64,000 nucleotides of DNA from Octopus bimaculoides (taxonomy: Eukaryota). Both the position numbers and the translations under genes were made by a program. Below, piece by piece: positions 52,991 to 64,000 of this stretch. Location of the stretch: NCBI RefSeq assembly GCF_001194135.2, contig NC_069000.1, positions 9,024,292 to 9,088,291 of the forward strand. The letters run 5' to 3'. The notes beneath the pieces were generated by a model. The model searched no databases and was not told the DNA's origin. It saw only the letters and a list, made by a program, of their open reading frames with translations. How positions within the stretch are numbered: the first letter of the stretch is position 1; each line of letters opens with the position of its first letter.

Positions 52991-53526
52991 AAGATGGCGA
53001 GCTGGCAAAATCGTTAGCTGCATCTCGTCCATCTTTACATTCTGAGTTCAAACTCCACTGAGGTCAACTTTACCTTTCATCCTTTCAGGGTCGATAAAAT
53101 AAGTACTAGTTGAGCACTGAGGTCGATATAATCGATTTAGTTTCTTCCCCAAACCTACTGGCCTTGTGCCAAAATTTGAAATCATTATTATTATTATTAT
53201 TATTATTAAGATGGTGAACTGGCAAAATACTTAGCTGCATTTTGTGCATCTTTACATAATAAATTCAGATTCCGCCAAGGTTGACTTTGCCTTTCATCCT
53301 TTTGGGGGTTATAAAATAAAGTACCAGTCAAACACTGGGGTCGATGTAGACACATTACCCCACCCCCCACAAAATTGCTGGCCTTATACCAAACTTTGAA
53401 ACCATTATTATTATTATTATTATTCAGGAGTTTTATTTTTATAACGTGCTTTCACTTCACTACCAAGCGCAGCTCTGTGTGCCTTGGGTATGTGCTGTGG
53501 TGCTCTTATGGTTACTGTATTGAAAC

Positions 53527-53562
<36 letters not shown>

Positions 53563-54023
53563 GGTGGTGAAGTGGCAGAATCTTTAGCACATTGGACAAA
53601 ATGCTTCATGGCCTTTCTTCTGGGCCCTCTACATTCTGAACTCAAATTCTGTTGAGGTTGACTTTGTCCTTCATCGTTTCGTGATTGATAAAATAAGTAT
53701 CAGTGCAGTACTGGGATTGATGTAATCAACTTACTCTCAAATTGCTGGCCTTGTGCCAAAATTTGAAACCATTGTTGTTGTTATTATTATTATTAAGGCA
53801 GCGAGATGGCAGAATCGTTAGCACACTGCACGAAATGCTTAGCTATATTTCATCTGCTACTACATTCTGAGTTCAAATTCCGCCAAGGTCAACTTTGCCT
53901 TTTGTCCTTTCAGGTGTCGATAAATACCAGTGAAACACTGGGGTCAATGTAATCAATACATTCCTTCCCCACAAAATGGTTGCCCCTGTGGCAAAATTTG
54001 AAACCGTTACTATTATTATTATT
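52991..54023 (+). mobile_element. Head-to-tail array of four SINE family B copies
   Basis: Copies start at 52991, 53208, 53561 and 53795, each after an (ATT)n tract. Confidence 0.9.
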
Positions 54024-54319
54024 GTTTACAGTTTGTGAAAAAATGAAATTGCTCATCAAACTGTAATGCATAAAAACTGCAGGTTATTGAAGTTCGACAG
54101 TGGCTGGTTCAAAGATAACGGGTGTGATTGTCATTTTAATTAGGAATTACTCTGCTAACTTTTCAATTAAGTCCAACAGTATCCAGGATTGTACTCAGGA
54201 TCGTACTCTACTGCTAAGGATGTTCATAGAATGACAAAGTCAGATGTAAGTCAGAATGCAATGCAACTCTACTATTAGCATGGAATTGGGAAACACTTAT
54301 CACTTGCTCTATCAGTCTA

Positions 54320-54364
<45 letters not shown>

Positions 54365-54687
54365 NNNNNNNNNNGTTACAAATTTCTACTCATTTAACAA
54401 ATGCCAATTGCCCTTTCTCTCTTTTTTTTTCTTTTTTCTTTTTTTAACTAAATTGATATTTTGATCTGCCTGTTCTCTCTGTGGTTACCTTATTTCATTT
54501 TTGTCTCTTTCGTGAACCATAAAGACCCAGAAAGACGTGCTTAAATTTTGTTTTGTGTTTAGCAAATAGGAGACAAAATACACACACACACACATAAACA
54601 ACAACAACAACAGTTTGTCATAAGTAAATTGTCTTGAAAATTATAGAACCTTTAACACCTAGAAGGCCGTAAGCTGGCAGTCACTAA

Positions 54688-54857
54688 CATCATCATCATC
54701 ATCATCGTTTTCCATGCTGGCATGGGTTGGACGGTTTCACTGAGGTCTGGAGAGCCAACAGCTTGCACCAGGCTCCAATCTGCTCTGGCAATGTTTCTAC
54801 AGCTGGATGCCCTTCCTAACGCCAACCACTCCAAGAGTCTAGTGGGTGCCTTTTATG
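54688..54857 (-). mobile_element. Family C element
   Basis: (CAT)n then TTTCCATGCTGGCATGGGTTGG...GGATGCCCTTCCT. Confidence 0.8.
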
Positions 54858-55065
54858 CGCAGAACATGAAGCCAGAAGAAATGCTACTAAGCATTTTTCC
54901 TGCTGCGGTGATGATTCTGCTAACTCGCTACCTTAGGTGTAAATATATTCAAAAAACACTTTTTTAGTTCTAACGAAGGATCAGTACTCCAAAATATTAT
55001 CTTAACCAGTAAACATTATCTCCACTCCATGTCATCAGTAACCCCTACTAAAATGAACATAAGCA

Positions 55066-55355
55066 TGGCATCTTGGGTGTCTTCCGCTATAGCCCCTGGC
55101 CAACCAATGCTTTGTGAGTAAACTGGGTAGACTGAAACTGTGTGTTTGCATTTGTGCTAATCCCCCCACCATCACTTGACTACAGGTGTTAGTTTGTTTA
55201 CATCCCCATAACTTAGTGATTCAGCAAAACAGACTGATAGAATATGAGTGCCAGACTTAAAATAATTTATGGGGTTAATTTTTTCGACTAAAATCCTTCT
55301 TGATGCTGCCCCAGTATGGCTGCAATCCAATGACTGAAACAAGTAAAAGATAAAA
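55066..55355 (+). mobile_element. SINE family A, 5'-truncated and degenerate
   Basis: Colinear with the A consensus. Confidence 0.75.
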
Positions 55356-56832
55356 ATCAAAATGTCATTCCATGAACAGTCTTAGCATTAAGTTACTAAG
55401 GAAACTAACTCATTGTTTGAATTAGAACATTGTTAAACAAAGATTCCTATTTCCAAAGTTTATATTCATTTAATTTTGTGTTTGTTTCAATGTTTTGACA
55501 TAATTTCTAAACCTAATTGATTGTCCAAGAGTTGTTTTGTGTCTTATTGTTTTTTTTTTTAATTTTTATGTTGTATTTTTTTTTTCCTGCTTGCTTTATT
55601 TTTTGCTTATCTTCTTGGTTTCCGTTCAGCTTGTACTTTATTCATTAACATTGCTAATTAATGTTTGCTTATGCTGCAACACTTCTGGCATTTGCTTCTG
55701 CTTCCTCATTCCTATGCATTCTTGTAGGTGTCAACTGCAATTGATCAAAGAACTGCACTGTGAATGATGAGAGAGATGTTTTTTTTTTCTTTTTGGTATT
55801 TGTGACATGACTATATAAAGATGGATTTCTTTTTTTACATAATCTGTGATTTGATAAAATGCAGCATCAAAATTAGGGCAATAATTGAAGCAAAGAGTGT
55901 CTATGACACTTCTTGTCTAGGCATGGCTATCTGGTTAAGAAGTTGGCTTTGGAACTCCATGGTTCAGTGAGTGTATAGTAGTAATATGAAGTACAGTGAG
56001 GCCTGGATGTTCATTATGATTGAGGTAAAAGATTAGAAATTGCATGAATATTTCTGGTAAATAGTTAAACATCGATCCATTTGATCAAATAGTGGTGTAA
56101 TCTTTCAATTGTTGAAGAGTTATATGTTGAGGTGCAGTGTTTTGTGAAAAACCCTGTTTAACTTATAGATGGCTTGCAAATTAAGTTACAAGGCACTTTT
56201 CAGTTATGCATAACCTACAGCTTTTAGTACCAGATGTGAGGTACATATGAGCATAATACAAGGTTCTGACTTATCCTTCACCCTTTTCAATATTGTTCTG
56301 ATCTCTGTCATGAAACAATTGAAAGATTTTGATAAAAGCTTGGCATTCATTAATGCTTTCTCCACAAATATTAGACAACACAGACCCAATATCCATAGTT
56401 TTGACAAATTGAAAATATCTATTAAACATATCCATTGAACAGATGAAGCATGTAAAAAATAAAATGAGGCATGAAATCTAATTACTTTGCAAAAGAAATG
56501 ATGACATTGGAACTTCTGGAAAAGAATATATCATAGAGCTTGTGTTTCCCAACAGTAGAGTTATAGAATCAGATGATGTAAAAATAAGGAAAATCTAAAA
56601 CGGAGGAGTTCTGTTACACAAGTCTAATGACAAGGCTTGAAATGGTCTTCACTTCTGAACTGTGTAGGTCAATTCAGGTGGTTATTTACACACACACACA
56701 CACACACACTCCTTTTGTGGCAGTCTGCCTCACAAATCCTTATCATCTATATCTTCCTCATCTTTATCAGCCACCCTTATCATCCCCAGTATTAGCTTCA
56801 TGATTATCATCCCCCATCATTATCATCTACAT

Positions 56833-57084
56833 CAGTGGTTCCCAAAGTGGGTGGTACTGCCCCTCTGGGAATGGTGGAAAGATCCAAGGGGGCAGGGGCT
56901 GAAGAAAAGTGGACAATGGATATAAAAACAACAAAATAGTGGGTTAATTAGCTTAAGCTTTATTTGGGAAATATTGCTGTTTTGAACTTGATGCAGAAAG
57001 TGGTCTAAGTTTGTGGTGGCAAGTGGGGTAGGGGCGTTAGGAATGTGACCTGGATGCCAACCCGAAAAAGTTTGGGAACCACTG
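56833..57084. mobile_element. hAT MITE (252 bp)
   Basis: Perfect 14-bp TIRs CAGTGGTTCCCAAA / TTTGGGAACCACTG; 8-bp flanks ATCTACAT / GTCTATGT (decayed TSD). Confidence 0.9.
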
Positions 57085-57760
57085 GTCTATGTTATCACCN
57101 NNNNNNNNNGGTCTTTGTGACTGAGAGATAAATAAGTATAAGTCACACTAATTTTATATTTGATTTAAATTGAAAAACTTGAGGTGCAACTCAGAAACAG
57201 GGCAAAGCTAAAACCAAGCAGGGGAAAAAAAAATTACACCTAGTTTTAACACTAAATAAAAGGTGCAACTTATAATGAGTAAAACCTCTGGTTTGGGACT
57301 TTCTAATGACTTCGGAAGCACTAAAAATAATTGCTTAATTAGATTTGCCTTTTCACAGTGAATTCTGTTAATGCTTGTTATTTTAAGTGGAGGCATCGAG
57401 GTAGTAGTATTTATTTATCAATACATACAAAAACACAATCTTCAGTCTGACAACAACAAATCCTGCCTGACAATTGTCTGCTCTTGAGAATTTGTGAAGA
57501 AAATCTTTGTTAGTATCATTATGTTTCTATTATTAGATTGGTTCTTTCTAGTTAATCTGATGTGCGTATGTTGAAATTGAAGTTTCAGCCTACTTGTGTC
57601 TATTTACTCCAAGTACCCATTAATTTTGAAAGCTAATTTACTGTTCTTATATTGGCTGTTCTCTCCTTGTTGCTATTATTATTTGGTCTCAGTTGATGAC
57701 ACACGTATATTGTTTTATTTTATTGCTGTTAAATATATATCTATATAATGTTGTTGTTAT

Positions 57761-58025
57761 GAAGGTGCATTGCTTAGTGGTTAGGCTGTTTTACTCATGA
57801 TTGTGAGATCATGGTTTCCCAGACCAGTTGTTGCATTGTGTTCTTGAGCAAAACTCATTTCACATTGCTCTATGATTATTTTCGTCATCTGACATGTGGC
57901 ACATTGTGCACCTGTACAGGTAATATCAATTTCGATGGAGGGAGTGAGCTGATGTGAATACAAACACTTGATCACTATAAACAAGTCATCTATGTGGTTG
58001 TTCTTCAAGAAATTGCAGAACCTTC
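57761..58025 (+). mobile_element. SINE family G
   Basis: tRNA-like head; homologous to 60026-60300. Confidence 0.7.
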
Positions 58026-60025
58026 ACACATCATCTAACGACAGGAAAGTCCATGATAGATATATATATATGTATATATATATATATAGAGGACTTAACA
58101 AAGTGTTTTCTGGATATAGTAATAGACCTGTATTAGCTTTCTAATCCTTAAATACTCTAACTGAGCATACTCAGTTCCATGCATGTGCACTTGAGACACA
58201 GGAACCGAGTTAATTTATTTTTGATAGTGAGATATTTCTGTTAAGAGTTTTGCCAAATGTGCTAACGATTCTGCTGGTTCACATTTGTAACTCCTGTTCA
58301 GCAAGAAGACACCTGTTCTTGTCCCTTTATCTTGTTTTAACCTTGAACAATATTACACTTCTGATCAGTTGGTAACTAGTAATTTGTATTTAAAAGTTGA
58401 ATCAGTTCACTGGAGAAGATTGGTGATGAGTGTGGGAAGTGCTCGAGAAGTAGGGGAGTTTTCTTTGAAGGTTCCCAACTCAGGAATTTACAGATATTTA
58501 TTTATATCACAATATCTTGGTATTTTTCTCATAATTTTTATATTTCTCCCTTTCTGTTTTCCTCTATCTGCTTCTTTCCTTCTTCCTTTGTCTATTTTCT
58601 TTTTATTCTGCCTACCTTTTGTTCCTCTTCTTCCTCCCCATCCCCTCTATATATTTTCATCCTCCTTTTCTTCTTGTCCTCCCCTCTTTTCTTTCTTTTT
58701 TTTTTTTTGTTTTTGTTCTTATTCTTCTTCAAGATTGAGAAATATTCATTTTCCTTTTCATATGCACCATTCACCATGCACATGCACACTTTTATTATTA
58801 TTATTACTGTGTGAGGAATTAACAGATGTTATTGCCAGGAATGTGATGATGATGATGATGATGATGCAAGCTCAATTTTTGGCAATGCAACAGTGATGCT
58901 ATTAATAAAAATTATAATAACAAATATATATATATAAATATATGTGCTGACAATTTATTTGAGACAGTGTCCTTCATTCCATTCCTTATTCTGTGTTTGA
59001 TGTAAAGGTGATAAAACTATTTGGAAAAGCACTTGTCGACTCTTTGAAAAAAAAAATCTCTCTCTTCAGAAGTAAAGCACAAAAAGAATGTAATAGTAGT
59101 AATAGTAATAATAATAATAATTACAATGTAAGTAACCAACAAGAGAGATTTTCTCGAGAGGCTGGTTGAGTAAAATGAGAGAAAGAGAGGAGGAGGGGGG
59201 TAGTATGTAATGGTTTTGGTATTGTTATTTTTACTGCAATTGAAGATAAGATGATGATCTGTGTGGATTAACCTGGTTTCCAAAGAAATTTTGGTTTTCA
59301 GCAATGGGGAGTGACAGTAAGAGGAGGCCAATTGTGGTGGTGGTGGTAGTAGTAGCAGTAGTAGTCGTTGTCGTCGATGTGGGTGGTGGTGGTGTGGGGG
59401 ACGGAGGAGTAATTTCCAAAAGATTTATTTCCCTTGTCAATAATTTGATTTCCGTTAAACAAAAAACTTTGTTAACTAAGCTAACAATGTTTTAGTTTTA
59501 TACCATTCAGTTGTGTTTTTTGTTGTCGTTTTTGTATGCTGTTTGTTATGTTCCTGTCTGTGCGTGCACACACATGCATACTCAAGTGTGTGTGCGTGTA
59601 TGTACGTTTTAAGCTTAATCCCATTTCTCCAGATTAGAATTTATTTTAGATAAGAGTAAATGAAAAATAATAATAATAATACTGAATTGTTCCAGTTAAT
59701 AGGCCAATCATTTTTATTTTTCATTTTTTTTTTAATACTAAAAAATATTAAAAAAGAAATAAAAAAAGTAAATGAAAATAAAATTAAGTCAGAATTGTAA
59801 TTACTCTTCTCCCTTTTGCTGCTGGGGCGGGGGATCTGGGATAGGGTGGCTAGTTGCAAATTTTCTACATTTGTGCATTCCGTTGGAGAAAATGTTTACA
59901 CAGCTGGAACCCATTTCGTCAGCCAGGCAGACTAGACTAAGACAAGCAGTCTTATTGTGCTGCTTAGCCCTGGTACCATACAATATAGAATTTGTTGTAG
60001 TAGTAGTAGTAGTGATGGTGGTGGT

Positions 60026-60300
60026 GAAGGCGTATGGCCTAGTGGTTGCACTCACAGTTGCAAGGTTGTGGTTTCAATTCCTGAACCAGGCAGTGTGTTG
60101 TGTTCTTGAGCTAAGCACTTCATTTCATGTTGCTCTGCAGTCACTTCAACATCTCATGGTGGCACACCATGCACACCTGCCGCCTTTACAGGCACAGGTA
60201 ATGACGATTTATTTGATGGAGAGATTGAGCTAATGTGCAGCAGAACTATTTCGATCACTGTAAACAAATCATCTGTGCAGGTTATTCAACAAAAAGTTTG
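60026..60300 (+). mobile_element. SINE family G
   Basis: GAAGGCGTATGGCCTAGTGG...GTTTCAATTCC head; body shared with 57761. Confidence 0.75.
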
Positions 60301-61411
60301 AATGACTTTGCAAAGACTCCCTCATTCAATGGTAATGGTAACAGTCACTGTGGTGTTGGTATGAGGATGGTGGATGACAGTGAGATCAAACAAAAGCTGA
60401 GCCCTATTTAGTTGACCTTTTATATTATGAGTTCAAATTCTGCCATATTTTACCTTTCGTTCACCTCCTGCCTCAGGTTGATTGCACCTGTTATTTATTC
60501 ATTGAGAATTAAAATTCTTAAATTAAATTATGCTAATTTCATGAATTTAACTTTCATCTCTTTGATTAAGTTTTATGCATTACCAAAAGCGTTATTGATG
60601 TTTGTTTAGTTTTTTTTTTTATGATTTGAAAAAGAAAGAAAAAAAAAATATGAAGCATGAAATATAATCTTGAAAATATCAAAAAGTTATTGTATTCTGA
60701 TAAATAGCATAAAAGAATTGTGTGTGTGTGGTTCTTATGCTGTTGTCTTACATGTTCGAAGATTGCAACATTCACCGAACAGCAGGGAAACTTCTCAGAT
60801 GAAATAAATAAATAAAAACAAAATGAAATCAAAAAATAAAAAGGAAAGGAAAAAATCAATTGTTTTCTTTATAAGTAACCCATCTGTAATAACCTACTCC
60901 CTGTTGTTTATGATAATTAAGCAATTATCTAGAGAAATCCTGTTATGTTGACAACACACATTTGCAACACTCTTGTCTTTACTTTCTCATTTAGAATGTG
61001 GCAGGCATTCTGTGTTTGTTATTACAGTATAGCAGTGTTGTCTTTCTTCTTGTCTTAGTCTGAACTGACATTATTGGGTAAAATCAGATTAATAATCGAT
61101 AGATAGATAGTATGTAGATCAGATATTTGTATATGTTAGAAAGACATTCAATTCTGCCTGTAGTTGTCTCTTGTTTTTGTTGTTTAGCCCCAGGTTAGTC
61201 AGACCTGATTGAACAGACTTATGATAATCAAAGGTGTTCCAGTTCTAGCAACGACTGCACTGTTCTTTGTTTTTATGTAGGTTAGCATTACATTGTCTTA
61301 TGCGACAGGAGTTGTTTTTTTTAGGCAATAAGATAGTAGATGTTATTTCTTACATGTAGGGCAACAATATAGCAGCGCTTAATAATCTTGGTGTTGCTTG
61401 CTTAACTTACA

Positions 61412-61784
61412 ATGGCACTCCATCGGTTACGATGACAAGAGTTCCAGTTGAACCAATCAGCAGAACATCCTGCTTGTGAATTTAACATGCAAGTGGCTGA
61501 GCACTCCACAGACTTGCATACCCTTAATGTAGTTCTGAGGGAGATTCAACATGACCCAGAATGTGACAAGGCTGGCCCTTTTGACCTCCGGGTACTATTC
61601 ATTTTTGACCTCCGGGTACTATTCATTTTTGACATCCGGGTACTATTCATTTTTGTCAACCGAGTGCACTGGAACAACAGGAAATAAAGCGTCTTGCTCA
61701 AGGACACAGCACACCACCAGGAATCGAACTCACAACCTTACAGTCATGATCCAAGCACCCTAGCCACTAAGCCACGCATTTGCA
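61412..61784 (-). mobile_element. SINE family D with 11-bp TSD and an internal 24-bp triplication
   Basis: CTTAACTTACA at 61401-11 and 61785-95. Confidence 0.9.
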
Positions 61785-63313
61785 CTTAACTTACAGTAGA
61801 ATCCCAGTAAAAGACTATCTGAATGAAAACCAGATTTCCCTAGTAACAAGAGTAGTACATGATGCAAGCCTGTATTTTCTGAGTGCCTGTGTTAAATGCT
61901 TTATTACTATAGTGCCCTACTGCCTTCAATTTTAATGAATAGCTGGATATACAAGGTTAATCCAATATTTGCAATACTCACAAGATCAAATATACTTTTA
62001 AGTTATACAAATTACAATAATCAAATTTAATGGCAGTGGTGAATGGGCTAGCTTACTTCATTTTTGTTGAATATTAATTAATAGGCTTGCCATTCTGTTT
62101 CTTTATTTCAAGCCATTATACTCATCATAAAACAGCAAGCTTGATAATTATCATTCTCGTAAATAAGATCGGTTGAATGAATCGGGTTATTATTGATATT
62201 ATGTAGACACAGTAAATGCCAACCATCTCTGTTATATCAAATTGGGATTTTGAAACAAGCCAGAAACATTTCATTGTGTACAGCTTCTCCTTTAAAAATG
62301 TATGCCATTAAGCCAAACCGATAACGTTTTCAATATTAGAACACAAAAAGAAATTTACATTGTATTAAGGTCTATGGTGTATCAGGACAGAATATTTAAC
62401 ATGTGTACCTTTTAGTTGCTTAAGTAACAATGCCATGGATTAGAGAATTCACTTAACGTTGTAGCATTTAAGCTTTGTGATGCTTTGTTTTTTTTGTCTT
62501 TTTTTTCTGGTTTGGTTTAAAACAAAATCAAGATGAAGGGAGGAAATAAGCTTAACATTTGACAGAGAAATCTGAATGCTAAAGGATTGAAACATATGGG
62601 AGACCCAACCGTACATGTTGGACCCAGGGTGATTTGGGGGGAGGAGTATGCCTCTTATATGGCCACCAAATACATATGGTAAATACGGATACTTTAAAAA
62701 CTGGTGGAGGTTGCTTTTTGTTTTCTTTGCATATATGTGTGTCTAAGAATCAGAGATGATCTCAGGCAGGTTATATAAAGTATGTGTATGGGATAAAGTG
62801 GGGGGGNNNNNNNNNNGTGGGGGGGGGGGTTGTTTCAGTTTTTCTCACCATCACATTTTTCTTAGCAATACAGTTTCTCTCCTCTCCTTCATTTTTCACT
62901 TTCTCCTCTTTTTTTTCTTCCGTACATCTTTCAGTTCACTTGCACATTTTTCTGTTCCTTTTTTTGCATGTTGATGTGCCTTTTCTCAATTTTGGAATGT
63001 GCATGTTGCTAATTCACTTTTGGTTTCACCTGCATTGTGCCTTTCTTTTTCACTTGAGCCATTTTTCTTTTTCTCAGAATTTTTAGCTGCCACATTTTTC
63101 TCTCCTTCTTTTGGAAACTTCTGCACAAGACTATGCAAATTTTTTTAATTTACTTTTTTATTCTGTGCAGGTCTTTCTTTCTCTGTCATCAATATTTTTT
63201 ATTCGTATCACTAGCTTATGTTTCTTGGTTTAAGTAGCAATAAATTATTAACCAAAAAAAAAAAAAAAAAAAAAGGGCAGGCAATGATGATGTTGATGTT
63301 GCAATCCTTCTAG

Positions 63314-63472
63314 ATGGTCCGTATGGAAATGCAAATGGCTACATTGAGAACAAACACAACACTTCCAGTGAACACACCGATGAGCTGCCGCCTTACACTG
63401 ACAATGACATAGCTCATGAACTGTCCGATGAGTCTGACCCCGAGAAACCCTATGACACCTACAGGAATGATA
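63314..63472 (+). CDS. Cytoplasmic-tail exon (N)GPYGNANGYIENKHNTSSEHTDELPPYTDNDIAHELSDESDPEKPYDTYRND; gene continues beyond window
   Basis: Acceptor gcaatccttctag| and donor GATA|GTGAGT; 159 nt, phase 1-1, open in the expected frame with protein-like composition. Confidence 0.85.
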
Positions 63473-64000
63473 GTGAGTACAGATATAATAATATTATTAC
63501 AAGTCATCACCTGCATGGTTGGGACAACTATGTCTTCTTACCAAAAATTCCCACAATTTCTCTCACTCTCTCTTTTTTTACTTCTGTTTCTTTGTTTTTG
63601 TTTTGTTTTCCCTCCTTCATGGAGTTGCTGTGTTTTTTTTTGTTTTTTTATTTCTAATTCTTTATGATTCCTGGATTAAGTTTTTCCTGGTTTTGATAGA
63701 GAATCTCTTTAGATATTATCTCTATCTTCTTACACTTTCTTTCTTATAAACCTCACTCACTCCAAGTCACATCAGCACATATTCTATGTCACAATTGCTG
63801 AGTTTCCATTGGGTATCCCTGTCTCTATCACCATTGTCCTCTTCATATACCACTCTGACATCATAATGAACCAAAAAAAATTAATCACTCTTTTTCTTGC
63901 TCTATTTAATGAAAACATCATCACTGAACCAAAGTCATATCAATGCACATTCTGTCATAATTTAGTTCTCAATCGGGTATTTAAAATCTATTTTATCTTG

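Noticed and set aside
55990-56250. Possible pogo/Tigger transposase relic (PFDQIVV*SF resembling QPLDQGII.SFK)
   Set aside because: Too short and stop-ridden to support without a tBLASTn/HMM search.
59301-59495. Acceptor-like site and Val/Gly-rich ORF mimicking a TM segment
   Set aside because: Derived from (GTG/GTA)n repeats; stop in phase 1.
60752-60793. Minus-strand 42-nt exon-like segment (acceptor ...CTGAG, donor GTAAGA)
   Set aside because: Weak acceptor and no partner exons found for an antisense gene.

Overview
Eukaryotic, AT-rich, microsatellite- and SINE-saturated genomic DNA from a gapped draft assembly (about 4.8 kb of N, nearly all in the first 23.4 kb). From recall of the repeat families it is very probably Octopus; I could not confirm this by search. 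None of the supplied ORFs is a credible gene as listed. Reading splice signals by hand gives one + strand gene with five coding exons: 31583-31622, 43223-43354, 50615-50639, 52678-52826 and 63314-63472. They splice in frame (intron phases 1,1,2,1,1) into 168 aa with no stop, so the gene continues past the window: MHINEKKLMTGFKINTKMSENTLSTTH-MIIIAVVCSVILIVLVVVLVLFLYW-RNKSQKKQYGNEVNYPHIANGRVGNGMPSQQVYENPGMNTVDGKMNMHENGFTPVSYYNLSPDNGPYGNANGYIENKHNTSSEHTDELPPYTDNDIAHELSDESDPEKPYDTYRND. It has no signal peptide, a tiny N-terminus, one TM helix and a Tyr-rich tail with five YxN motifs, two ITIM-like motifs and an LPPY motif. That is the architecture of a transmembrane adaptor (LAT/NTAL/PAG-like). 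Two look-alike core promoters (about 22.3 kb and 30.9 kb) may drive it. The rest is tRNA-derived SINEs (working labels A-G, my own), piggyBac/hAT/mariner MITEs, an RTE LINE remnant, a long foldback and degenerate minisatellites. I found no rRNA, true tRNA gene or CRISPR.
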